Notes: generated from the letters alone by a model not told the origin. A DNA stretch of 54,542 bases from Cyanobacteria bacterium J06627_8 (GCA_038520475.1 JBCBLF010000005.1:1-54542), one strand, 5' to 3'. Counted from the stretch's first letter, positions 40,728 to 51,090 are shown. Program-made: numbers and translations.

Positions 40728-41510
40728 ATGTTACTTCTTGATTCAACGCCTAAAATCATGATTTCTGGAGAAAAGGCTGTTGCCGTTTCTCAATTGCCTC
40801 AAGTGTGGCGAGATATTGCTTCAGGCAACGCAAATGTAGGTATGTCTGAACCACAAAGCTATGTGGAAATGGCGCAACTTTTTCAATATAAGTTGGCCTC
40901 TGGTGATGTTGATTTATTTCAAGAAAATCCCATTCTCATTCACTTGAAGGCAGCATTTGGAGAGTTGTTTGGGCAGCTGGCTGAAGAAACGCTAGAGTTT
41001 TACGGAAAAGATTTTTTAATTGAAAGTTATCCAGATTTTGATGGCATTTTGAATGAATTAGAATCTCAAGAGGGCGATCGCACCGATGAGATTAAAGTAG
41101 CTCGTATCGTAAAGGCTTTTTTCGAAGAATTTGGTTACGATTTACCGGCTAGCGTTTATGCGGTTAACCTCGCTCCTATCTATCGAGATACTGTTTTTGA
41201 AGAACGTGCACTCCGGTTTGACCCTCGTGATCAGGCCCATAAGCGACCCTGGGATGCGGCACTTCATGCCGGTAAAGTATATGCTGTCCAAATGAAGCTT
41301 CAAAGCATCGCATCTCAATATGGATTTACCTATCATCACGGTTGTGGGTGCGAAAATCACATGTCCTCGATCGATGCTGCGCAAGGGGCGTTTGACTATG
41401 AGGTTGACCCTGAAAAACGCCAGCGATGGATTCGTAGCTTTGTGTGGACAGCATGGTATGAATATGCTTTCTTCCCAATCGTGCCGAATACAATCTATTT
41501 GACTGAATAG
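40728..41510 (+). CDS. Hypothetical protein with HHGCGCxxH motif (ORF track start 40677 TTG; ATG 40728 more likely)
   Basis: ~260-aa ORF with protein-like composition, followed by a terminator. Confidence 0.8.
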   Translation: MLLLDSTPKIMISGEKAVAVSQLPQVWRDIASGNANVGMSEPQSYVEMAQLFQYKLASGDVDLFQENPILIHLKAAFGELFGQLAEETLEFYGKDFLIESYPDFDGILNELESQEGDRTDEIKVARIVKAFFEEFGYDLPASVYAVNLAPIYRDTVFEERALRFDPRDQAHKRPWDAALHAGKVYAVQMKLQSIASQYGFTYHHGCGCENHMSSIDAAQGAFDYEVDPEKRQRWIRSFVWTAWYEYAFFPIVPNTIYLTE

Positions 41511-41588
41511 AAACGGTGCTTATCGCATGGATATCTATTTTATGGATCTAGTGTGATGATACGATGTCGTTCTTCTTAAGAAGCATTG

Positions 41589-41626
41589 AAAAAGGATTGC
41601 CTTGCATTGCGAGACAATCCTTTTTT
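41589..41626 (+). terminator. Intrinsic terminator
   Basis: AAAAAGGATTG...CAATCCTTTTTT. Confidence 0.7.
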
Positions 41627-42082
41627 GTACTCTTTATTAAGAGGTTTGATATGAGATAAAACCAACCCAAATATCTCTTTTATGCATTTCCTATTTCTTG
41701 AATGGAAACATGATTTTGCCATGGCGGCTTTTCGCATTGGTGTGCGCTTCGATAGTTTTCGAGCCTGTTTACTGGACGAGTTCTATAACCAGTATCTAAT
41801 GCAATTTAATGCGCCCATTTTCCAGAGTGGTGGAGCGAGATGGAACAATTGTTGGTTCTTTTTAGTCTTCAAAGGTAAGACTCGTATCTAAGATAATTTC
41901 TTAAAGTAGATGTGCGAAATAGTTCTTGTGATATCTGCTTATTGGGAAAGCGTTACAAGTCTCAGATTTCGTATCAATTAAAAGATTGATATAAGAGATA
42001 TCAGGTAGACGCTATTCATATTGCCTGTTCAGTTGGTGCATCACCATATCAAGCCACGTCATTATGCAGGATATGGTGTTTT

Positions 42083-42559
42083 ATGGCACTTCAATCATTG
42101 GAAAAACGGCTTAATAAAAGCCGTCAAATTGCTGCGACTTACACTCAGATTAATACAGCTCAATCGCTCCAACAGTCTCGTGAACAGATTAAGCAGGAAA
42201 TTCGAAATCGAATTCAACTCATGCTTGATTCTGCAAAGGGATTACAGTCTAAATTGTGTTTGCAGCAGATAAGAAATCAGCTCACAGACATTCAGCACTA
42301 TTGTCAATCGGTTGGCAAAACCTTCATCTTTGTTGAAGAGGCGATCGCCTGTCATCAATTTGATTTAGGTGGTTCTCATCACGATGATGCTGTTCTGTTT
42401 CGGGGGCCTGATGAACGTGCATCTGTTGCTGTTTGCGTGACTCAAAAAGGATCACTGCTGCATCGAAACGACTCGAATTGGATCGTTTATCGAAATGCAG
42501 GAGATGTTCTGACGAAAGGTGCGCTGGACCAACGTACGGAGAGTGCACCCTTAACTTAA
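42083..42559 (+). CDS. Hypothetical protein (N-terminal coiled coil, C-terminal Cys/His-containing beta region)
   Basis: 158-aa ATG ORF with AGGA upstream; its 3' end overlaps the 3' end of mrp by 9 bp. Confidence 0.7.
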   Translation: MALQSLEKRLNKSRQIAATYTQINTAQSLQQSREQIKQEIRNRIQLMLDSAKGLQSKLCLQQIRNQLTDIQHYCQSVGKTFIFVEEAIACHQFDLGGSHHDDAVLFRGPDERASVAVCVTQKGSLLHRNDSNWIVYRNAGDVLTKGALDQRTESAPLT

Positions 42560-43618
42560 AGCCATGACAGAGACCCGGCCTGCAACCTGCTGGGCGATCG
42601 CCCGCAGCGCTTTCGCAGATTCGGATTTGGGGTGGCTCACAACAATAGGAATCCCGGAATCTCCTCCTTCTCGGAGGTCAATTTCTAACGGCACGCAACC
42701 CAATAGTGGTAACTCGAGTTCATCAGATGTGCGCTGACCGCCACCAGAACCAAAGATGTCGTATTGTCGATCGGGTAAATCTGGAGGGATGAAGTAGCTC
42801 ATGTTTTCGACAATGCCCAGCACATTAACCTTGAGCTGCTGAAACATCTTTAGCCCTCGGCGTGCATCTTGAAGGGAGACGGTTTGAGGAGTCGTGACGA
42901 TGACGGCCCCCGCCATGGGCACCGCTTGGGCCATGGTCAACTGGGCATCTCCTGTTCCGGGTGGCATATCAACGATGAGATAATCGAGTTCTCCCCATTT
43001 CACCTGATACAGAAAGTTGCGAATCATGCCGTCTAGCATAGGGCCTCGCCAGGTAACCGGTTGATCGGGATTGATCAGGAAACCCATGGAGACCAATCGA
43101 ACCCCATAGTTAAATGCTGGCTCAAGCACCTGTTGTCCGCGATCGCCATCTTGCACGATGACATTTGCATTGGCTAGTCCGAGCATCGTCGGCGTGTTCG
43201 GCCCATAGATGTCGGCGTCCAACATTCCAACTTTTGCACCTGTTTCTGCCAGGGAAACGGCAATATTCACAGCAACTGTGCTCTTTCCAACACCACCCTT
43301 TCCGCTAGAAACCGCGATAATGTTTTTGACGCCTTCAATCCCCTGGCGATTCGGTAATCCTTTTTGTTTGGGTGTTTCAGCTGTAACATCAACCTTTACA
43401 GTCTCGACACCGGGCAGCGTTTTGACCGCTTTTTCGCAATCTTCGACGATAAACTCTCGCAGCGGACAGGCCGGCGTTGTCAACACAAGCGTAAAGCTAA
43501 CCACGCTTCCATCGACCTGGACATCGCGGATCATATTCAGCTCAACAAGGCTCTTTTGCAGCTCCGGGTCTTGAACAGGTTTCAAAACCTCAAGCACAGC
43601 ACTAGTCTCAACAGTCAT
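42551..43618 (-). CDS. Mrp/NBP35 (ApbC) Fe-S cluster carrier ATPase
   Basis: N-terminal DPEL...LTTPACP; SGKGGVGKST, DADIYGP, WRGPML, DMPPGTGD, ENMS. Confidence 0.95.
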   Translation of the reverse strand: MTVETSAVLEVLKPVQDPELQKSLVELNMIRDVQVDGSVVSFTLVLTTPACPLREFIVEDCEKAVKTLPGVETVKVDVTAETPKQKGLPNRQGIEGVKNIIAVSSGKGGVGKSTVAVNIAVSLAETGAKVGMLDADIYGPNTPTMLGLANANVIVQDGDRGQQVLEPAFNYGVRLVSMGFLINPDQPVTWRGPMLDGMIRNFLYQVKWGELDYLIVDMPPGTGDAQLTMAQAVPMAGAVIVTTPQTVSLQDARRGLKMFQQLKVNVLGIVENMSYFIPPDLPDRQYDIFGSGGGQRTSDELELPLLGCVPLEIDLREGGDSGIPIVVSHPKSESAKALRAIAQQVAGRVSVMALS

Positions 43619-44005
43619 TCATCAACCCTACACAGCGGCGTAATTCAATAGAAGGGCAGATAGCTCGACAGACTCAGACCTAAATAAGCGTCTTTGGTCT
43701 TGCGTCAGAACGCACGAGGCTCGTGTCCTGACGCTGATGTGCATCGCTATAACAACACTGCCTTTTCTTCATCTTACCGCTAGCGGTTGGGACTTCAGCC
43801 TTTTTCGGATCATAAAAAACCAATCATCCTAATAGATCAGGAACGAATTGATTGCCTTACAGTGAGTGGGATAATTGAGGGTGAGCATTCCGACCCAATG
43901 AAGGCTTGACCCAATCCAAAAGGTACTATTTTGGTTGTGTCACACCACTAACACTGCTGAGGAATAAGGCTTTCAAAGATTCCGTTGGTCGATGAACTGT
44001 CAGTT

Positions 44006-44581
44006 CTAGCTCCATTCCCATAGGCTGATGGTTAGCATCGCAATGTTTAACAAGTCATTGAAGCGATGGCGTACCCGCTGCTGGCGTTTAGAAACCCGAG
44101 GCAACAACCGCTGGTTGGCTGCGGTCTCTGCGGCTTGAACCAGTGCAGAGGCGACCTGCGCAGCATAGGGACGAACAAATGACCAGATCAGCGGCGATAA
44201 CCATCCCTTGAGCGTCACCGAATATGAGACCCTCGTCCCACAGACGGTTGATTCAACCTGATAGGTGACATGCTCTTCAATGCCTGGAACGGCCATAATT
44301 CTGAAGCTGAGCCGCTGTCGATCATCCACTCGCTCAACAAAAATGTGAATTGGAAACGGGCTAAATCGAGTTACGGCCTTATAAATTAGGCCCGGTTTTG
44401 GGAGAATGCCTTGGGGTAAATTCGTGCTCGATAACATCGGATGCCATGAGACATCCGCAAGATTCACCACTTTTCGCCATAACTCATCAGCAGAGACCGA
44501 GCTTGCTGCTTGAAAGGTGACAAACAAGGTGGAGACCCTCATTAGCTTGAAGTGACTGATTCGTTGCAAAAAGCCCCACAT
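44006..44581 (-). CDS. SRPBCC (START-like) family protein
   Basis: SADELWRKVVNLADVSWHP...GTRVSYSVTL pattern. Confidence 0.75.
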   Translation of the reverse strand: MWGFLQRISHFKLMRVSTLFVTFQAASSVSADELWRKVVNLADVSWHPMLSSTNLPQGILPKPGLIYKAVTRFSPFPIHIFVERVDDRQRLSFRIMAVPGIEEHVTYQVESTVCGTRVSYSVTLKGWLSPLIWSFVRPYAAQVASALVQAAETAANQRLLPRVSKRQQRVRHRFNDLLNIAMLTISLWEWS

Positions 44582-44666
44582 GATGGTTGTTCCTCATCCA
44601 GCAGCAGACACTAATTCTAACGATTATCGAGCCGTACCATTTCTCTGAACATGCTGCTGAGCCAAT

Positions 44667-45356
44667 CTACTGAGTCAACCCATGCTCCAAGGCGTAGCGC
44701 ACTAATTCAGTGCGGCTGCTTGTGCCAGTTTTGCTAAATAAGCGGCTCACATATTTTTCAACATTACGAACGCTAGTATCTAAGCGTTTTGCAATTTCCT
44801 TGTTCATTAGTCCTTCAGCTACAAGCTCTAGGACGCTCTGTTCCCGAGGAGTGAAATCAATTTTAACGGAAGGCGTTGTTTGAGCGATCGCCCCTCGCTG
44901 TGACAGCATTGCTTTGATTTCTGCAATTTGGCGAGCCATTTCAGCAATGTCTGGTACATCACCTTCACCGGAAGACTCCACGGCAGCCCTTCGATCCAGC
45001 AGGCTTTGAACGATGGCAACCAACTCATCCGGGTCAAACGGCTTTGGCAGATACGCATCACAACCGGCCTGATAGCCCTCAATGCGATCGCTCGTCATCC
45101 CCCGTGCGGTTAAAAACACCACGGGCATTGCTTTGTATCGAGGGTCGTCCCTCATCTGCTGCAAAAACTGATAGCCATCCACTTGAGGCATCATGATATC
45201 TGAGATGACTAGGTCAGGAGACACCTGCTGAAGCAGCTCCCATCCTTGAGTGGCATTACTCGCTGCATGAACCGTAAAATCACTCTCTTCTAAATAGGCC
45301 TGAACCGCTTCTCTCAAGCCTGGTTCATCATCAACTAGCAGAACTGTACCTGCCAT
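44667..45356 (-). CDS. NarL/LuxR family response regulator (Ycf29/Rre1-like)
   Basis: LLVDDEPG, SDIMMP, YLPKPFDP; C-terminal FTPREQSVL...GLMNKEIA...RNVEKYVSRLFSKT. Confidence 0.93.
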   Translation of the reverse strand: MAGTVLLVDDEPGLREAVQAYLEESDFTVHAASNATQGWELLQQVSPDLVISDIMMPQVDGYQFLQQMRDDPRYKAMPVVFLTARGMTSDRIEGYQAGCDAYLPKPFDPDELVAIVQSLLDRRAAVESSGEGDVPDIAEMARQIAEIKAMLSQRGAIAQTTPSVKIDFTPREQSVLELVAEGLMNKEIAKRLDTSVRNVEKYVSRLFSKTGTSSRTELVRYALEHGLTQ

Positions 45357-45562
45357 CGTCTTTGACCCTCATTACTCATCTATGCATAACAAACTATAGC
45401 TTTAGGCCCATCGGTTCGGATAGGCATTTTTAGAAATCGTGCGACACATAGGTACTTAGAATTATCGATCGTCTTAAATGCTCATCACATCTATTCTCAT
45501 CATTGCAGCTTGGACGGTTAGGCCCAAATCTATGACGAATTCTAGGCTGTGAACTGACGTAC

Positions 45563-46204
45563 CTACTGCCGTGAAGCTAGGACGGCATAAAAAGGGTCGC
45601 CTCCTGGCACGCCCAGCATCTGCAAGACTGGTGGAACTGATGAGGGTTGGGCGATCGCCTCAGGTGTCGTAAAGCCAGGTACAGCGTTGAAATACTGCTT
45701 CACCAATTCAACGCGGCTTGCTTCAGAACCATCACGCCATTGCTGAATGGCCTTCTGGTAGAACATTCGATTTGAGAAGCTGATAATCGCAGTTCCACCT
45801 GGCTTCAGAATTCGATGAATCTCAGTGAATACTTTGTCTGGGTATTGCAAGTACTGAACAGATACCGCATTCAAAACGGCATCAAATGACGCGTCAGCGA
45901 GCGGAAGCTGCTGGTTTTCATTTAGATTTTGAACGAAATAATGATCCAGTCGAGCATTTCGGACCAGTTCCTCAGCATTCATGCCATGGCCCTCGACATG
46001 TTCAAACTCAAGCCCATCAGGCAAGTGAGAAATCCAGCTGCTCATCATATCAAAGATGCGGCTTTGAGGACTTAACCGTTCTTGATACAAATCGGTTAAA
46101 CGCTGAATGAACCCTTCATCGACATGCGTTACAAATCGGGGCACCCCATAAAAAAAGGTATCGCTCGTTTCATCAAGCTTAGAGCGTTGCGTAGTTGTTA
46201 ACAT
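45563..46204 (-). CDS. Class I SAM-dependent methyltransferase-like protein
   Basis: FYGVPRFVTHVD, DMMSSWISHLP, SFDAVLNAVSVQYL, RILKPGG, SFSNR. Confidence 0.88.
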   Translation of the reverse strand: MLTTTQRSKLDETSDTFFYGVPRFVTHVDEGFIQRLTDLYQERLSPQSRIFDMMSSWISHLPDGLEFEHVEGHGMNAEELVRNARLDHYFVQNLNENQQLPLADASFDAVLNAVSVQYLQYPDKVFTEIHRILKPGGTAIISFSNRMFYQKAIQQWRDGSEASRVELVKQYFNAVPGFTTPEAIAQPSSVPPVLQMLGVPGGDPFYAVLASRQ

Positions 46205-46366
46205 TCGAGCATTCCTTTAATTTCATATGAAAAGCCGTGTGCTGGTGCAAGTTGAACGACCGAAGCAGCCAATTCTGTTTTTCCAAACACCTTTTAATAG
46301 TGTAAATAAATGTATCGAAACCGTATCAAGTGATGATGCATCGCTGCGTAGCTTAGACGTAATGCC

Positions 46367-46894
46367 TTGACGATGTCACCGATTAGAGACTTACCTATCA
46401 AAGATTCTGGAGCTGTTTTTTCCCCTTGCCAAGCATATCGATACAGTCTTTGGCGCGTGTGGAATGCTCAAGCTCCTAAGGTCCTGTTTATTGGCCTTAA
46501 TCCGTCTACGGCAGACGCAGAAAACAATGACCCAACCATCCGCCGCTGTATCGGTTTTGCAAATGAGTGGGGGTATGGGGGAGTGTATGTGGCCAACTTA
46601 TTTTCGTGGCGATCGCCCCACCCTAGACTTCTCAAGCAAGCTGCTGAACCGATTGGCGAGCACACAAACGATTGGCTGGTCAAACTCAATGATGAAACTG
46701 ACCTCACCATCGCCTGCTGGGGAAATAACGGCAGTTTCCAACACCGAGATATCGCTGTCATGGGCTTTTTGAAAGGGTTGCACTGTCTTCGCATGACGAA
46801 GCAGGGTAACCCATCGCATCCACTCTATCTCCCTAAGCATCTTGCTCCTATTCGCTTTAATCCGAACTTGTCATGTGCAGGACTTACAGAGTGA
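46367..46894 (+). CDS. DUF1643 domain protein
   Basis: YRYSLWRVW, FIGLNPSTAD, DPTIRRCIGFA, NLFSWR, ACWG, TKQGNPSHPLY. Confidence 0.9.
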   Translation: MTMSPIRDLPIKDSGAVFSPCQAYRYSLWRVWNAQAPKVLFIGLNPSTADAENNDPTIRRCIGFANEWGYGGVYVANLFSWRSPHPRLLKQAAEPIGEHTNDWLVKLNDETDLTIACWGNNGSFQHRDIAVMGFLKGLHCLRMTKQGNPSHPLYLPKHLAPIRFNPNLSCAGLTE

Positions 46895-46934
46895 ACCGTT
46901 TTTTCGTGGGTGCAGCCCGCGAAAAAACGGTTCA
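46892..46934. terminator. Hairpin starting at the DUF1643 stop codon
   Basis: TGAACCGTTTTTTCGTGGG / CCCGCGAAAAAACGGTTCA. Confidence 0.55.
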
Positions 46935-47097
46935 AATGTTCAGAACATTGGATGAAATGCGTAAGTCCTGATTTACAAAGGAATGAAGCGGTTGGGTGCA
47001 CAACTCGTGCTCCCTTCATTTCTCGTCATGGATCTGAGACGTCAGGGTGTGGTTTTTGAATTACGACTTAGCAACTTAGGATGTAGGTGTCGATTCA

Positions 47098-47547
47098 ATG
47101 GCGTCTAAAAGAAGCAGTCTCGTGACAACACGATCACCATTTCCCTGGGTATCGCTAAGCTTGCTATTTGTCTCTTTTGGTACATTCAGTTGGTTTCTCA
47201 ACACGGCAACGGTCAATTGGTTGGTATGGGCTTTGGTCATCGTCTTATCGCTTGGAGAAGCCTTGTTGCTCACCACACTGACGGATGACCTCAAATTGTT
47301 ATTAGATTCTTGGCTTAAGTCTGACCTGGGCTACTTCACCTCAATTATCATCGGAGCGCTACTTGTTGCGGTGGCTCTCGTCTGGATTAGGGTATTTGGA
47401 TATGTATTGGTATTGTTGGCGTCTGAGATGTTGGCCAGATTGGACTTACAACATTTTGGCTGCAACCGATTTCAGTCTCTTGTTGTGTTGACTGGAGTTT
47501 CTCTACTCGGATTGCTGTTGGGGCAAGTCATCAGTCATGTAATCTAG
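47098..47547 (+). CDS. Hypothetical membrane protein (~4-5 TM)
   Basis: 149-aa hydrophobic ORF. Confidence 0.75.
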   Translation: MASKRSSLVTTRSPFPWVSLSLLFVSFGTFSWFLNTATVNWLVWALVIVLSLGEALLLTTLTDDLKLLLDSWLKSDLGYFTSIIIGALLVAVALVWIRVFGYVLVLLASEMLARLDLQHFGCNRFQSLVVLTGVSLLGLLLGQVISHVI

Positions 47548-47677
47548 GAACAATATTGTGAACGACAGAGACTTTTTTTGAAGATGCCCAACGTTGAACG
47601 TGTGTAATACTGGTTCAACGCTAGCGTAGGTTAGAACGAATCTCAGGGCTGTATCCATCACCCGTTGGTAACTAGAC

Positions 47678-47905
47678 ATGGTCACAAAACCATCCCTTGA
47701 CAATCAGGACAGGATTGAAGCTAAGCAGAGATCTGGAGGATGGTTTTCAAACCTCCTAGTGACTATTTTTCGGTTACTTTTGCTTGGCGTGGGTAGCGTT
47801 TCTGCACTACTTTTTGGGATTGCGATCGCCACAGTTTTCCCAGGTGACGTTGAGACAACACCGCCGCTTGAGAGGATATTGGAGACAATATCAGACTTCA
47901 GATGA
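47678..47905 (+). CDS. Small single-pass membrane protein, translationally coupled to fmt
   Basis: 75 aa; hydrophobic FRLLLLGVG...IAIA; ATGA overlap with the fmt start. Confidence 0.6.
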   Translation: MVTKPSLDNQDRIEAKQRSGGWFSNLLVTIFRLLLLGVGSVSALLFGIAIATVFPGDVETTPPLERILETISDFR

Positions 47906-48918
47906 AGATTATCTACTTTGGCACGCCTCAATTTGCGGTACCGACACTTGAGACATTCATTCAGCACTCGGAGATGGCGGTATCAGCAGTGGTTACTCAG
48001 CCAGATAAACGACGAGGTCGAGGTAAACAACTTATTCCATCACCCGTAAAGGCTCTTGCGCTTCAGCATGACATTCCAGTGTGGCAGCCCCACCGCATTA
48101 AAAAAGACCCAGAGACGCTAGATCAGCTCCGACAATGCAAAGCTGATGCCTTTGTCGTCGTTGCCTATGGACAAATTCTCTCTCAGGAAATTTTAGACAT
48201 GCCCAGACTCGGGTGTGTGAATGGTCATGGGTCTATCTTGCCGTACTACAGAGGGGCAGCACCGATTCAGTGGTGTCTCCATAACGGCGAATCAGAAACT
48301 GGCATTACGACCATGCTGATGGATGCTGGCATGGATACAGGCCCCATGCTACTAACCTCTACAATTCCGATTCACCTACCTGACAATGCTCATAATTTGG
48401 CCCATACGCTATCGAATCTGACGGCTGATTTGCTCATTGAAACGCTGGTGGGCTTAGATAATGAAACGATTCGGCCTCAGCCTCAGGATAATAACCGAGC
48501 GACCTATGCACCGCTCATTTCAAAAGACGACTATGCCATCGACTGGTCGCGCTCAGCGATCGCATTGCACAATCAAATTCGTGGGTTCTACCCCAATTGC
48601 ACAACAGTTCTACGTGATCAGCCTCTGAAGATCAAAGCATCGATTCCTGTAGAACCATCACTCATTCATACTTTAGAAACCGATTACTCAGAGATGGATA
48701 TCGACTTCAAGCGTTTGTCAGAATCCTTGATGGGCAAGCAAGATAAACCTGGAGTGGTTATCGATATTCTAAAGAACGTGGGTCCGGTTGTTTCAACTGG
48801 CGAAGGTGGGCTGATATTGATTGAAGTGCAGCTCTCTGGAAAGAAAACTCAATCAGGCTGGGACTTTGCCAATGGCACTCGCCTCGAAATAGGAGAGCAC
48901 CTCGGCTCCCAATCATGA
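47902..48918 (+). CDS. fmt: Methionyl-tRNA formyltransferase
   Basis: FGTPQFA, VTQPDKRRGRG, VVAYGQIL, NGHGSILPYYRGAAPIQ, MDAGMDTG. Confidence 0.97.
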   Translation: MKIIYFGTPQFAVPTLETFIQHSEMAVSAVVTQPDKRRGRGKQLIPSPVKALALQHDIPVWQPHRIKKDPETLDQLRQCKADAFVVVAYGQILSQEILDMPRLGCVNGHGSILPYYRGAAPIQWCLHNGESETGITTMLMDAGMDTGPMLLTSTIPIHLPDNAHNLAHTLSNLTADLLIETLVGLDNETIRPQPQDNNRATYAPLISKDDYAIDWSRSAIALHNQIRGFYPNCTTVLRDQPLKIKASIPVEPSLIHTLETDYSEMDIDFKRLSESLMGKQDKPGVVIDILKNVGPVVSTGEGGLILIEVQLSGKKTQSGWDFANGTRLEIGEHLGSQS

Positions 48919-49008
48919 GGTGTTGGTCGTCCTGATGCATAATGTCGTCCTTATGCATAATAAGGTAGGCGATCGCCCGTGAACCCCTGTATTTACCTTT
49001 AGCCATTC

Positions 49009-51090
49009 ATGCCGCTGCAATTTGGACGTGAAATTTGTGGAGATTTGCATACAGCCGAACAGCGAGAGTGGCTGGTGACAAATGGCATTGGGGGGTATGC
49101 CTGCGGCACGGTCCCTGGGATTCTGACTCGTCATTATCACGGCATTCTCATTGCAGCGTTAGAACCTCCCGTCGGGCGCATGCTGATGGTCGCAAAGCTA
49201 GATGAATCTGCGATTTACCGAAATCAGATTCATGCGCTTTGTGTCAATCGCTGGGCTGATGGCGTTGTGAATCCCGAAGGGCACCATTATTTAGAGCAAT
49301 TCTATTTAGATGGCAGCATTCCAACGTGGCGATATGTGTTTTCTGATGCGGTGCTGATCAAACAGCTTTGGATGGCTCAGGGCGAAAATACGACCTACGT
49401 TCGCTACTCTCTTCACCGAGGCAATGGTGCTGTTTTCCTTAATCTAAAGGCACTGGTCAATTACCGAAGCCACCATGGAGGCGTGACGCTAAGCAACTGG
49501 TCAGTTGAACCGATAACCGAATCAGACTCTGATGGTTCAACCTCTGAGCAACGTCAGTCTAGTCAGATTGTTCGAAAAAAAGCGAAACCTGCTGGCGTGA
49601 AACTGACGGCGTTCTATGGTGCTGTTCCTTTCTATATCCGAGTTGATAAAGGTAATGTGACTCCTGAAGAGCACTGGTACCACAATTTTGATTTGGCGAT
49701 TGAGCATCGTAGAGGAACGGGTAAGTCTGAGGATCATCTCCACGGAGCGACAGCCAAGTTGACATTATCTGCTGGAGAAAGTGCCACGGTGGTCATCAGC
49801 ACCGACCCAAATGCGAGTTTAGATGGGGCGGCGGCATTGGGCGATCGCCAGGTCTATGATCAGTCTCTTTTGCGCTGTTGGACGAGTACCGGCTCCATCA
49901 AGAGTGCTGAAACGCCACCCTGGATTCAACAACTTGTCTTTGCGGCAGATCAGTTCATCGTCGATCGCCCTCTGACTGAAGAACCTGATGGCAAAACCAT
50001 CATTGCAGGGTATCCCTGGTTTAACGATTGGGGTCGCGATACGATGGTGAGTCTGCCTGGGTTAACCATCGCTACAGGGCGACCTCAACTGGCGCGCCCC
50101 ATCTTGCAAACGTTTGCTCGATATATGAATCGAGGCATGCTACCCAATCTATTTCCTGATCGGGGAAACACGCCAGATTACAACACTGCGGATGCCGTGC
50201 TGTGGTATTTCGAGGCGATTCGCGCCTACGACGCGGCCACCCAAGATGATGATCTGCTGGCGGAATTGTATCCAGCCCTCAAAGACGTGATTGAGTGGCA
50301 CTGTAAGGGAACGCGATACAACATTCATCTCGATGCAGATGACGGACTCCTCTATGCTGGCGAACCTGGAACTCAGCTCACATGGATGGACGTGAAAATT
50401 GGAGATTGGGTGGTCACGCCTCGCATGGGTAAACCCATTGAGGTCAATGCCCTCTGGTACAACGCGTTGAAGGTCATGAGCCAATTTTCTGCTCGGTTGA
50501 ATCAGCCTGGCGATCGATACGATGAGATGGCGGAGCAGGCTCGTATTGGATTTCAGAAATTTTGGAACGTAGCAGGACGCTATTGCTATGACGTGATTGA
50601 TGCTCCAGAGGGAAATGACGAAACCATTCGGCCTAACCAAGTCTTTGCGGTGGCACTTCCCTTTGCAGCCGCCCATCAGCAAGCTCCTCTATTGACCCCT
50701 CAGCAACAGCAAGCGGTGATGAATGCGATTGGACGAGAGTTGCTGACATCCTATGGGTTGCGATCGCTTTCCCCAACTGATTCTGCCTATCGATTATCCT
50801 ATAACGGCCCCCAGGCAGAGCGAGATGCTGCCTATCACCAAGGAACCGTCTGGAGTTGGCTGCTCGGCCCCTACATCCATGCGCACCTTCGGGTCTATCA
50901 ATCTCCTGACAAATCGCGAGAACTCTTGGAGGCGATCGCCAATCATTTGTCTACGGCGGGCCTTGGCACCATTAGCGAAATTTTCGATGGTGACCCACCG
51001 CACCATCCCCGTGGATGCATGGCCCAAGCATGGGGAGTCGCTGAAATTCTGCGTGCATGGAAAACGATCGAAGACGCAGTGGAACGTTAG
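49009..51090 (+). CDS. Amylo-alpha-1,6-glucosidase (glycogen debranching enzyme, GDE_N + GDE_C)
   Basis: EWLVTNGIGGYA, IAGYPWFNDWGRDT, LTWMD, EVNALWYNAL, RPNQ, YHQGTVW, QAWGVAE. Confidence 0.94.
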   Translation: MPLQFGREICGDLHTAEQREWLVTNGIGGYACGTVPGILTRHYHGILIAALEPPVGRMLMVAKLDESAIYRNQIHALCVNRWADGVVNPEGHHYLEQFYLDGSIPTWRYVFSDAVLIKQLWMAQGENTTYVRYSLHRGNGAVFLNLKALVNYRSHHGGVTLSNWSVEPITESDSDGSTSEQRQSSQIVRKKAKPAGVKLTAFYGAVPFYIRVDKGNVTPEEHWYHNFDLAIEHRRGTGKSEDHLHGATAKLTLSAGESATVVISTDPNASLDGAAALGDRQVYDQSLLRCWTSTGSIKSAETPPWIQQLVFAADQFIVDRPLTEEPDGKTIIAGYPWFNDWGRDTMVSLPGLTIATGRPQLARPILQTFARYMNRGMLPNLFPDRGNTPDYNTADAVLWYFEAIRAYDAATQDDDLLAELYPALKDVIEWHCKGTRYNIHLDADDGLLYAGEPGTQLTWMDVKIGDWVVTPRMGKPIEVNALWYNALKVMSQFSARLNQPGDRYDEMAEQARIGFQKFWNVAGRYCYDVIDAPEGNDETIRPNQVFAVALPFAAAHQQAPLLTPQQQQAVMNAIGRELLTSYGLRSLSPTDSAYRLSYNGPQAERDAAYHQGTVWSWLLGPYIHAHLRVYQSPDKSRELLEAIANHLSTAGLGTISEIFDGDPPHHPRGCMAQAWGVAEILRAWKTIEDAVER

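Noticed and set aside
41682-41891. 69-aa ORF in the AT-rich gap (likewise 5925-6161, 8094-8312 and 21705-21923)
   Set aside because: Short, no RBS or motif support; cannot be told apart from chance ORFs without expression data.
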